The notes under the pieces were generated by a model. It searched no databases and was not told the DNA's origin. It saw nothing but the letters and a program-made list of their open reading frames with translations. A stretch of 64,000 bases of DNA, from contig BCKQ01000002.1 in the NCBI GenBank assembly GCA_001600695.1, positions 2,416,051 to 2,480,050 on the forward strand, in the 5' to 3' direction. A program made the position numbers and the translations under genes. This document shows, piece by piece, positions 12,077-22,799 of this stretch (position 1 is the stretch's first letter; the number at the start of each line of letters is the position of its first letter). The stretch comes from Ascoidea asiatica JCM 7603 (lineage: Eukaryota > Fungi > Ascomycota).

Positions 12077-13375
12077 TATTATAATTGTAATTGTAATTGA
12101 TTGAAAAGAGTGAAATATATTATCAGCTAAATACTCTTAGAATATTTATATTATATATTGATAATAAGAAATCTAGTAATAACATGAGTTTTTGGATATT
12201 AAATAAACCATTGTTAAATCTTAAAAGGAATTGAGCATTGATAAACGTTTTATTTGTTTTTCATTTTGCTTTTGTCATTTGGTAAATGATTAACAATAAA
12301 ATTTAATAAATATTGTAAATCATTTATTATTTATTTGTTTACCAATTTGCTTAACGATTTGTTTTCTTTTTTCTTTATATATTTTCTTAAGGGAATTTGT
12401 AAATTCAAGCCTTACATATTTTTCAAATTTCATTCCTCAAAACAAAAATAAAAATTATTTAAGTATGTAAATCAAATCTAATTAATGAAGAAAGAAAGAA
12501 AGAAAGAAGTATTTTTTTCATAGGTGGAAATAACTTATCTCCATAATTAAAGCAAGATTAATTCGCCCATTGTTTGAAAATAACACGCTAATTTTTTCAA
12601 AATTTTGTAAAACAAACACAAAAATTTGAGAAAAAACATGGGAATGGAGATTTTTAGAAAAATAAAATATAGGTGATCTTTATACAAGAATTCTAGAGTC
12701 AAGTTATATTTGAATAATGAAATATGAAAGACTTTTACAGATACTGTAATATAATATACTTAAAATCAGACTGGAATACGTCTAGAATATCATGATTTCT
12801 TTCTATAATCTTTTTTTTCATTGAGTAAAACGAATGAACAATGGATATTAATGAGAATATGAATAATAGAATATGAACATAAAATGATAAGTTATGGCTG
12901 GTTGCATTTTAGAAACCCGAAGGAATTCACGCCTGGAAGAAGCAGCTTACTAGCTACAATTCTCCCAGAACTCTCTTCTTTCTCTCCAGTTCAGAACCAT
13001 CCCAGCCAGAAACAGCAAACGGCCAGACTTGCACGTATTTCTCTGGACATCTTCAGTGAACAAAAGACAAACTAAACCATTCACAAAGGAGTGAAATATT
13101 CAAACCATCAATAATTCAATAACAGACAATAAATTCGTCAGTGAAAAAAGCACAAAACACTCAAAAAATAAGGGGGTTTTTTCTGTTTCTTTTATGGCCG
13201 GGTTTTGTGGGGCAAATTCGAGACGAGACCTGCAAAGTTGGTCTCAGTCAATTTATCAATTTGATATTTAATAAAATAAAAGGTGTATTTATTTGTTTAT
13301 TTGTATATTTGGAATAATTGATACAATTAATGGATTGAATAAACTAAATAGGTTGAATACTAATAGATTATTACT

Positions 13376-15541
13376 CTAATTATGGTCCAGATGGTTTGAA
13401 TCATTCATTTGAGCCATGAATGGTGCAATTCCACTTGTCTCAAATCCCTTTGGTAAAAAATTACAATTAAAAAACACTGAAGCCTTCATTTTAATTCCAC
13501 AGAACTCATTCATTGGCTTTTCCGATAAAACATCAATTGTTATATCATTTTGAGATTCATTCTCATTTGCATTATAATCTTCAATATTATCCTCAATTTT
13601 AGAACTTACTTTACTATCTACATCCTTTACATCTTGGCATTCTTCAACTAATGTATCATTTTCAAAAGTATAACTATCCTCATTTTTGAAAGAAATTGGA
13701 GAAGTAATTAATTCAACTATAGAATTCTTTTTAGATAATAAATCAATTTCATTATTCCTTATTTCAACTTCATTCTTGTTTTCACATTCATTATCCGATG
13801 AATATTCTGATTCACATATACTAGTATAATCATATCCAAATGGTAATGAATAATGTATCATAGATTCTTTAACACGATCATAAATTGGCTGAATTAGTTC
13901 TTCAATGATATCATCATCATAATTAAGTGGATATTCAACTTCCGATTCAATCTCCAGTTTATTCTCACTCACTTCACTTACTTCACTTTCACTCTCATAT
14001 TCACTTTCACTTTCATATTCAACTTCAGTTTCACTTTCGCTTTCTGATTTTTTTATACTTCCTTCATAATTAGAAAGAGAATCACTTATAGATTTCTTCA
14101 TTATAATTTCCTTATTAGATATGTACTTAATTTTATTCTTAGCAATAATACTTCTTATTCTAGACTCAATATCTGTTTCATAGGAATCTTTCTCATATTC
14201 AAAACAACTTTCATAAGAAGTTTCATAACTTGTTTCAAAAGAAGTCTCATAAGAGCTTTCAAGCTCGGAATTATTATATTCTTCATTACTTGGAATAATT
14301 CTACTACTCAAATAATTTAAGTTATAATTATTATTAATTGATTCTAATTCAAATTCCAAATCAGTTTTTAGATCAATATTCTTTATATTATTTATAGAAT
14401 CTAAACTTTTATTATAATAATCAAAATATGATTCAAATTCAAATGAATTTGAAGAAATATTTATTGAATTTAATTTATATGGGAAATCAATAAATGAATT
14501 ATTTCTAATATTTAATAATTTTAATTTTTTCAAAGAAATTAATTCATTATTAATATTTAAATCTTTTAGATATTCAATTTTATTTGAATATAGATCTAAA
14601 TATTTTAAATTCTTTAAATTTTTAATATTTTCAATTTTTTTAATAAAATTATTTGATAAATTTAAAGATTTTAAATTGATTAATCCACTCAAAGAAATTT
14701 TATAAATTTTTGGAATATTATTAAATTTTAAATTTAAGTTAGTTAAATTAGTTAAGCTTTTTAAATTTTCAGTATTAATTGAAGTTATATTATTATTTGA
14801 AAGATTTAAATAATTTAAATTTTTTAAATTTTTAAAAGAATTTGAAATTATTTTAATATTATTATTCGAAAGATTAAGATGATTTAATTTAATTAATTCT
14901 TTCAAGAAATCTGTATTTTTTATTAAATTATTTGATAAATTTAAATGAATTAATTTCTGAGAAGATTTAAAGAAATTTATTGAAATCTTTTTAATTAAAT
15001 TATTTGAAAGATTTAATTTTTTCAAATTTATTAAATCTTTTAAATATTCAGGAATACTTTCTAATTTACAAAATGACAAATTTAAATTATTCAAATTTAT
15101 TGAAATTTGTGAATTTAAAATATTTTTTAGAAAATCATAATGTAATTGAGATTCAGATTGACTTTGATATTGATATTGATTGATTTTTAAATATTTTATT
15201 GAATTGAGATTTGAATTTAATAATGATTTGAGAAAAGTATTATAACTTTTTAAAGATTTATTAAAATCTATATTTAAGATTAAATTTTGAATTAAATTTA
15301 TATTTGAGTTAAATTTTGGGAATGTATTGTAAGATAAATTTAAATAATTTGAATTATGTAAATGATTTGTATTTTCACTATTCAGATTATAATTAATATT
15401 ATTTAAAAGATATTTTATTGAAGTTTGATAAATAATTGAATTATCAGATAAAGAGAATAACCATAATTTATCTAAAGATAAATATTTAAATATTTCATTG
15501 ATTATATTATCTTTTGATAATAAGTTTTCATTAAAAATCAT
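13376..15541 (-). CDS. LRR protein with degenerate F-box-like N-terminus and long acidic E/S/Y-rich tail
   Basis: LSKDNIINEIFKYLSLDKL at the N-terminus, ~9 LNLSNNxI repeats, then an acidic low-complexity C-terminal half. Confidence 0.83.
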   Translation of the reverse strand: MIFNENLLSKDNIINEIFKYLSLDKLWLFSLSDNSIIYQTSIKYLLNNINYNLNSENTNHLHNSNYLNLSYNTFPKFNSNINLIQNLILNIDFNKSLKSYNTFLKSLLNSNLNSIKYLKINQYQYQSQSESQLHYDFLKNILNSQISINLNNLNLSFCKLESIPEYLKDLINLKKLNLSNNLIKKISINFFKSSQKLIHLNLSNNLIKNTDFLKELIKLNHLNLSNNNIKIISNSFKNLKNLNYLNLSNNNITSINTENLKSLTNLTNLNLKFNNIPKIYKISLSGLINLKSLNLSNNFIKKIENIKNLKNLKYLDLYSNKIEYLKDLNINNELISLKKLKLLNIRNNSFIDFPYKLNSINISSNSFEFESYFDYYNKSLDSINNIKNIDLKTDLEFELESINNNYNLNYLSSRIIPSNEEYNNSELESSYETSFETSYETSYESCFEYEKDSYETDIESRIRSIIAKNKIKYISNKEIIMKKSISDSLSNYEGSIKKSESESETEVEYESESEYESESEVSEVSENKLEIESEVEYPLNYDDDIIEELIQPIYDRVKESMIHYSLPFGYDYTSICESEYSSDNECENKNEVEIRNNEIDLLSKKNSIVELITSPISFKNEDSYTFENDTLVEECQDVKDVDSKVSSKIEDNIEDYNANENESQNDITIDVLSEKPMNEFCGIKMKASVFFNCNFLPKGFETSGIAPFMAQMNDSNHLDHN

Positions 15542-16382
15542 TTTAAGAGAAATAAATATTATTTATGAATATAATTTGATTCAAAGAAAAAGAAAGAAAA
15601 CAAAAAATTAAGAAAATAATATAAATTTTTTTTATATAATTTGCACAGTATTTAAGTGCTGATATATTAAAAGTAAAAATAAAAAACCAAAAAAAAGTTT
15701 GTAAATAAATGGGATAAATAATATTGTTTGTTGACTATGACAACATTGGAATCTATTTACAAAATTAAGTAAACATTTGAAGATCTAAGACAAAATTTCT
15801 CTACTTTAAGAATGTTAACATGAAATGATAAGTAACGTTACTGTAGTTAATTATTGGAAGTTTTTATTTTGAGTAAAGCGTGCTAGGTTAATTTAGTTTG
15901 AGTTAAATAGGTTAGTTTTTCAATAATGATATAATGAGTCATAACATTATTTTTATTAATGATATGAAATGAATAAATTTTAACTCAGGATACTAAATCT
16001 AAAGCTTTTTTTTGTAAAATATTGATAAGCTTCTCTAATAAAAAAAAGGTAGGTTTAAATTGAATATTTTAATAAAATCAAAATATCATGAATATTTCAG
16101 GTCTCAAAAAAGTTCAGAGTGAAGAAAACCAGGAAAGTGGCCTCGCATGAAAGCACAGAAAAACATAAAACGCCACTTTTGTGGAACTGCTTTTTGTAAC
16201 CAATAGTGTGGATGGAATAATGTAGATCCATAATTACGGTCTCACTTACGGGAACACGGAACGGAACGGAAATTGAAGGATAACAATTATTAAGAGATTA
16301 TGAATATGAACTAAGAATATGAATTATATGAATTATGAATTAAGAATATGAAAAGAATGATTTTCATTTTAGTAGTTTATTT

Positions 16383-16949
16383 TTATATTTTATTCTTATC
16401 TTTGGAGTTATTTAGAGAATTATCAGGATTATCATTTTCAGTAAATTTCAAAGAAACACTATTAACACAATGTCTTTCATTAGTTGGATTATTGAAACCT
16501 TCATTTTTAAATACATGACCAAGATGACCACCACATTTTGAACAAACAATTTCAATTCTTGTCATTCCATGACTTTTATCAGTATATGATTTGATTGAAT
16601 TTGGTAAAGCTTCATAAAAAGCAGGCCAACCACAATGAGAATCAAATTTTGTTGAAGATTTATAAATTGGTTGATTACAACCAGAACAATTATAAATACC
16701 ATTTTTATTAAAATTAACATATTCTCCAGTATATGGTCTTTCAGTTGATTTATTTCTCAAAACATCATATTGTAATGCAGTTAAAGTCATTGACCATTCT
16801 GTTGGAGATTTAACAATCTCAAATTCATTTTTTTTCTTATCATCTACCATTTTTGAATAATTTGAATAATTCAGTCTAGCGATTATGAAATTTAAAGATC
16901 TAGTTCTTCTAAAGATGTTAATACTACTTCTATATTGATTCAAATACAT
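16383..16949 (-). CDS. MXR2: Peptide-methionine (R)-S-oxide reductase MsrB
   Basis: TERPYTGEY, CSGC and CSKC zinc ligands, KFDSHCGWPAF, GHLGHVF, RHCVNS. Confidence 0.96.
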   Translation of the reverse strand: MYLNQYRSSINIFRRTRSLNFIIARLNYSNYSKMVDDKKKNEFEIVKSPTEWSMTLTALQYDVLRNKSTERPYTGEYVNFNKNGIYNCSGCNQPIYKSSTKFDSHCGWPAFYEALPNSIKSYTDKSHGMTRIEIVCSKCGGHLGHVFKNEGFNNPTNERHCVNSVSLKFTENDNPDNSLNNSKDKNKI

Positions 16950-17154
16950 TGACTTTGGAAGTGAGATTATATGATTGAATGCTAATATCTGGCTACTTAC
17001 TTTCTAACTATTGTTAAAGAGATAGAAAGTGATCTAAGTCGAGTAAATAAACAACATCGACATCGACATCGATTTCGATATGGAAATTAGTATTAGTTTT
17101 AGTTTTAGTATTAGTATTAGTAATACCAGTGTTATTAACGTACAGGTCGTTTGG

Positions 17155-17162
17155 CACGTGAC
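17155..17162 (-). promoter_or_regulatory. Candidate Cbf1-type site GTCACGTG upstream of MsrB
   Basis: Plus strand CACGTGAC, ~205 bp upstream of the MsrB ATG; exact RTCACGTG match in AT-rich context. Function is inferred. Confidence 0.4.
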
Positions 17163-17204
17163 CTGTTTTCTCAAACTACACCTTTTAAGAAAGTAAACAA
17201 GTAC

Positions 17205-17278
17205 GACTCCATGGCCAAGCTGGCTAAGGCGTGAGACTGTTAATCTCAAGATCGACAGTTCGATCCTGTCTGGGGTCG
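17205..17278 (+). tRNA. tRNA-Asn(GUU)
   Basis: GACTCCATGGCCAAGCTGGCTAAGGCGTGAGACT-GTT-AATCTCAAGATCGACAGTTCGATCCTGTCTGGGGTCG; folds as a cloverleaf, closely resembles yeast tRNA-Asn, followed by a T-run. Confidence 0.97.
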
Positions 17279-17502
17279 TTTCTTTTTCTTAATTCTTTTT
17301 TTTATTTTATAATTTATATTTCATTCTTTATTCCTTTGATTATAAAGGATTACATTAAAAGGAATATGAAAAGAAAAAAATTATGAATAGAATTCAATGG
17401 AGCATAAAAACTTACAATAATGGAAGAGATTTATAAAAGATTTAACTTATATTAGAAAGAGATAATTAAAAATACTAGTTTACTACAAAATATATTAATT
17501 AT

Positions 17503-18612
17503 TTAACAAGAAGCACTAGAATCAGAAGGAATACCAGAACATGTTTTCTTAGTTTCACCACCGGTGATATCAACTCCAGACCAAGTCCAATCTGATGCTC
17601 CTTTAACTAAAATATAAACTGGTTGTGCAGTAGTTTCAACAGATCCAGTAACATCTTCAATTGTTAAATCTGTAATTGGAACACCAGATGTTGCAGTACC
17701 TGTTGGAGATCCATTTTCATAATCACCTTCAATTACAATACCATATTTAGTAATATCACTTAAAGTAATACCTTTATATGATACTCCAGTAACACTACCA
17801 GTTGCTCCATAAACTGTTTTAATTCTAACACCATTTTGAGAATCTTTAACTGTACAATCAGATACATAAACATCTTTAACAACATTGTTAGTTCTACCAC
17901 CAACTGATCCAATTGAGATACCATGACCACCAGAACATGTATTTCCTGTGAAATAGATATCAGTACCTGAATTGACTGCTAAACAGTCATCTTGATTGGT
18001 CACAACACAATTTGTAATACTAATATTTGATGAGGATCCAACATCAAAAGCATCTGTATTATGACCTTCAGATTCACCATCTGAATTATCAATTGTAACA
18101 CTATCAACTGTTAAATCTGATGATGAATTAATTGAAAAACATTGAACTGGAGTATTTTTAATATTTAATCCAGAAACTTTTGAATTACTTTTAAGTGAAT
18201 GTAAATAACACATTTTTGGTTTGGTTACACCACCATTGGATCCTTCACCATCCCACCATTTAGCTCCATTACCATCAATTGAATGACCAGAAGCTCCAGT
18301 AATTGTAATTTCACTACCTGAAAATGACATTAATGGTCCTGACCATTCTTTATATTCAAATGTTGTTGTACCTTCAAATGTAACTGTTGTACCTTTAGTT
18401 AAACCTGTCAAATCTAAAGTTTTACCTGCTGGAACAGTTACTGCATCAATAATAATATCTGTGCATGATTTTTTAATAGTTGATAATGATGAAAAATTAG
18501 ATGTTGTAACTGTACATGAGGTACGTTTTTTTAATTCATTATCAACTGGTGTTGCTAAAACTGCAGATAATAAAGTTAATAAAGCAGCAAATGAAGTAAA
18601 TTTGAATTGCAT
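17503..18612 (-). CDS. PGU1: Secreted endo-polygalacturonase (GH28), copy 1
   Basis: Signal peptide, KR propeptide site, and catalytic motifs HNTDAFD, NQDDC, GGHG and RIK. Confidence 0.96.
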   Translation of the reverse strand: MQFKFTSFAALLTLLSAVLATPVDNELKKRTSCTVTTSNFSSLSTIKKSCTDIIIDAVTVPAGKTLDLTGLTKGTTVTFEGTTTFEYKEWSGPLMSFSGSEITITGASGHSIDGNGAKWWDGEGSNGGVTKPKMCYLHSLKSNSKVSGLNIKNTPVQCFSINSSSDLTVDSVTIDNSDGESEGHNTDAFDVGSSSNISITNCVVTNQDDCLAVNSGTDIYFTGNTCSGGHGISIGSVGGRTNNVVKDVYVSDCTVKDSQNGVRIKTVYGATGSVTGVSYKGITLSDITKYGIVIEGDYENGSPTGTATSGVPITDLTIEDVTGSVETTAQPVYILVKGASDWTWSGVDITGGETKKTCSGIPSDSSASC

Positions 18613-19927
18613 TTTGAAATAAAGTAGTAATAAATAAATGAGTGTAAATAAATAAATAAAATTTATAAAGGAATGACTGAGAAAATTAATTGAAATTATT
18701 AATTAATTTTTTTTATTATAATATTTATGATAATATCTATAAAATGTTAATAAAGAAAAACAAATAAAAAAAGAGATACTAAAATTATTGAAATGATGTC
18801 TTTTTCTTTCTATTTATATTAAATTTTTTAAACATTTCTTTTTTTCTGATTATATCTAAAATTGAAAAACAATTCCTATACAATTTTTGAACTGAAATTT
18901 ATTATGGTCTTCCCATTTCTGTTATTCATTATTCACTTTTTTCATTATTCAATACCAATTATTCAATAAATATCAAAAAAAAAAAGCTTCATTGGGTTAA
19001 TTATTCTGTAAATCCTGATCATATTTGAAAATACACTATATATTTCGAATATAAATATTTTTTAGACTGAAAACCCATATCTCTTATTACAATAAAAAAG
19101 CTTGATTAGTATTCAATTTCAAAACAGAATTCAGAATAATATTATTTCTTATTCAACAAACCAGCATTTTTTAGTTATTGAGTAATCTCAATTAAATGAA
19201 AGCAAAGTAATTTAGTCAAAGATAAAAATGTTGCCTAGTTTATTCTGGGCTCAACTGAGATGGTATTGAGATTACCGGCAATCCTACGGCAATCAATTCT
19301 TTTTTTCATATTGGAATCCCGACGATCGACGCTGATCGACAGTAGTCCACCGATGATCCGGCAACTCGCGGTGTTCCAAAAAGATTTTAATATAGCAACA
19401 AGCTTTTCGGGTTTTTGTGTTTGCTTGGCAACTTGTTTAATTTTTCAAATAGTTTCTGAAACTGTTAAGAATATGAACAGACTTAACATTAGTTTTTTTA
19501 TTCTCATTTCATTTATTTGTAATACAAAAAAAAAATATGGAGAAAATAGTACAAATAATATGTATTTGAATTAAACTTTGATTACTCAGATCTTTAAACG
19601 GAATATTAACATAAAATAGCTAACTTTTATAAAAAATGAACGTAATAATTTATTGAATTTGAATTTTTGTTAATATTTTAATTCTGTAAGCTATGAAAAA
19701 CACGATGAATAGCCTGATTCAAGTTGGTATTCAATATTATAAAGACATAATAAAAAGTGTCTTTCGTAGACTTTATCAAGTAAAAAGTGAAGGTGAATAA
19801 TTTTGTTTTCAACAAAAACACAATTTAATAATTACATTTCGTAAAAATACATAAAACAAGAATGAATGTGCAAGCTAATTTGTCTAATTAACCTAGGAAT
19901 TTTGAAAAAGAAAATACAAAAAAAAAA

Positions 19928-20001
19928 TGATTTTGCCCAGGATCGAACTGGGGACGTTCTGCGTGTTAAGCAGATGCCATAACCAACTAGACCACAAAAC
20001 C
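19928..20001 (-). tRNA. tRNA-Val(AAC)
   Basis: GGTTTTGTGGTCTAGTTGGTTATGGCATCTGCTT-AAC-ACGCAGAACGTCCCCAGTTCGATCCTGGGCAAAATCA followed by a poly-T terminator. Confidence 0.97.
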
Positions 20002-20189
20002 CCTTTATGTTCTTAAATTATTCATTCTTCTTTTTTGTCTAAGTTTATTGGGATTGATTTTTATCAATTTGAAATAAAAATCCAATGAATATAAAAAGAG
20101 TTTTAAGAAAATCAAATTAAATGTAGGTATAACCATATTGAAATAATAAAAAATAAGATTAGACATTTGATCAGAATATATTTTTTTGC

Positions 20190-20369
20190 AAAATAGAAAT
20201 CTCAATAAATGAAAATATTTATTAAGTAAGTAGTTAAGTAATTTAGTTACAAAAGCAAGTCAAATAACGAACGCTGATAATGTTCGTTAAAGAGTAACAT
20301 TCTGTATATTCAAAAATTAGTGCATAACTATGCATTTTTTGAATGCAGGGACCTTGAACTTTATTTTTA
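20190..20369 (-). repeat. Diverged non-coding repeat, copy A (downstream of tRNA-His)
   Basis: Reverse complement aligns by eye to 48103-48230 and 48343-48377. Shared blocks: TAAAAATAAAGTT, CCCTGCATT, TATGCA, TATACAnAATGTTA, TTTAACGAACA, CGTTCG, AAATATTTTCATTTATT, GAGATTTCTA. Confidence 0.8.
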
Positions 20370-20567
20370 TTCATTAATATTTTTGGAAAAGAAAAAAAAA
20401 CGAATGAAAAAAGGTAATAATATTTCATTTCATGATATATTAAAGTAAAGCATGAGTGAACAAAAATCAATCAGAAAAAGTCTAAGTAGTTTTTACTAGC
20501 TTTTTTTTCATAAACTATTAGAAAAAATAATTGCTAGATGAAAATTGAATTACAAACCAAAAAAATA

Positions 20568-20639
20568 TGCCGTTCCCGGGAATCGAACCTGGGTTTCTTC
20601 GGCCACAACGAAGTGTACTAACCACTATACGAGAACGGC
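20568..20639 (-). tRNA. tRNA-His(GUG), copy 1
   Basis: GCCGTTCTCGTATAGTGGTTAGTACACTTCGTT-GTG-GCCGAAGAAACCCAGGTTCGATTCCCGGGAACGGCA. Confidence 0.96.
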
Positions 20640-20944
20640 AAATAAGATAATATTCAGTCACTCTAGGAAAATTAAAATACTAATACTTTTTAATGAAACT
20701 TAAATAACTTATAGTTATCCTCTTCTTTTTTTAGGTTTGATACCATCAAATAGTGTTGATTTTGTATCAGATATAATAGATTATATAAAAAAATAGAATA
20801 CTTAACTAATTGACTCAATTGATCTACAAGTAAATGATCTTGTTTATAATATACAGAAATCAAATAAAAAAGATTAATGCTGATTCATAATTGAATAGCC
20901 TATATACAGTTATTTGGTAAATTGATTTATTGATTGATTGATTA

Positions 20945-21463
20945 CTATTTTTCTTTTTCTTTATCTTTATCTTTTTTAACTTGAATTTCATTTATTTTCT
21001 TAGTATCTTCAATATAAGCATTAATGCTTAAACCAATTGCAATAAAAGTTATACCAATTGTGAAAAGATTTAATATTAATTTACCTTTATTTTTATTTAA
21101 TTTTGAATTATCAGTATTTCTAGGACCCCAATTACCAAAAGATATAAAATATAAAGCTTTTTTTTCATCAATATTTAATAATTTCCAATCTTCTAATTGT
21201 TTCAAAGATAAATAATCCATAATTTCATTTTTATCATCAATTTTTAAATTATCCCATCTTTTATCTAAATCTTTGACATCAATTATAATTCGATCGTTTT
21301 TTTCTCTTCTTGGAATACTATTAATTTTATGTTTTTTATCAATTGAAGTTGCTGAATATTTTATAGAATTATTAAGTTTATTTAAATTAAGATTAAAATT
21401 AAATTTTGATTTATTTATACAGGATAATTTCAAGAACCGACTACTTGATTTGAGTGAAATCAT
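20945..21463 (-). CDS. Mitochondrial Cox4/Cox5-family paralog (MTC3/GEP7-like)
   Basis: Basic presequence-like N-terminus; DLDKRW...DWKLLNIDEKKALYFISFGNWGPR motif followed by one TM segment; lacks the full Cox5 C-terminus. Confidence 0.75.
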   Translation of the reverse strand: MISLKSSSRFLKLSCINKSKFNFNLNLNKLNNSIKYSATSIDKKHKINSIPRREKNDRIIIDVKDLDKRWDNLKIDDKNEIMDYLSLKQLEDWKLLNIDEKKALYFISFGNWGPRNTDNSKLNKNKGKLILNLFTIGITFIAIGLSINAYIEDTKKINEIQVKKDKDKEKEK

Positions 21464-21769
21464 TTTTATGAATATAAAAGATCTTAGCTAGTGCTATGAT
21501 AAAAAAGTCAATATATTTTATAATGTATTTTATATTGTATTCTATAATCTTCTTTATCAATATTTCTGTTTCTTTTCTTCTTATTCACTCAAATAAATGA
21601 ACATTTCAATCAAATTTAAAATCATTGCAATTAATTTTAGCCGAAAACCGAGGGCTGCTTTAAAAACGTGATACGTTTTTTTTTTGAAATAGGAAATATT
21701 TAACCGGAATATGCCGGAACTCGATTATTTAAAATTGATCATTTTCAAGAACAAGAAAATTAATCGATT

Positions 21770-21858
21770 TAATAAACAATTTAATGAACAATCAAATAAA
21801 CAATTTAATGAACAATTGAATAAATAATTGAATAAATAATTGAATAGATAATTGAATG
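21770..21858. repeat. Degenerate 12-bp tandem repeat (AATRAAYAATTK), about 7 units
   Basis: Units aataaacaattt/aatgaacaatca/aataaacaattt/aatgaacaattg/aataaataattg/aataaataattg/aatagataattg. Confidence 0.75.
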
Positions 21859-22799
21859 GATTTTTAGATAAAATGATTGAGTAATAAGGGGTAGTAACAG
21901 TAAGAGGAGTGAACATTTCTACATTTCTGAATTAAAGAAGTTAAATTATATCATACCAAGATGGAAAATTATTATGGAAAATGCAATAAAATAAAATTCA
22001 ATCACATAACTTTACAATTCGTAATATAAAAGAATTGAATAATTTCAAGGAACTGAATTGAAATCATTTTAATTTAATTTAAAGGCGAAGATCTTTAATC
22101 CTGGAATTTTCAAACCGAAAATCATAAAAGAAAATACTGTAATTAATTTTCTAGACAGAGAATAAACTTACCCGTAATATTTGAATATTTACAATACTAA
22201 ATATTATTATTAATTTTGTAATTCTTTAAGATTTGATAAAATTCAAATAATCTAAACTAGTTACAAGATTTGAATGATAATAAAAAGAAAGAAAGAAAGA
22301 ATTAAATGGGGAATCAGAGACAATGAGAAGACAATTTTATTATGTAACTATGAAAAAGAGAATGTAAGATATTTTAGATATGCAAAACATATTATTCTTT
22401 TAATTTCTTTTTATTTCAATTCATGAAATATTGTTTAATATAAAATGAGTATAATTTTTCTCTTGAATTTATTTTAATTATTTTTATTTTTTTTTCTTTT
22501 CTTTTCTTTTCTTTTCTTCTTTATTATTATCAATTTAATCAATTTAATAAATCAAATCAAATAAATCAATTTAATTTAATTTAATTTAATTTTAATAAAA
22601 TAAAATAAAATCAAATTAGAACATCTTTAGCTACCACTCATTTAGCTTTGTTGTCAGTCATTCATTTTTAATTAACTTTAGTCACTCGTTTTAATAAAGA
22701 AAATATAAGAAAATAATAAATCAATCAATAATAATCTAAGAATAATTTAAGAAGAATTCAATTCAAGAATATAATATATAATAAAAGAAATAAAAGAAA

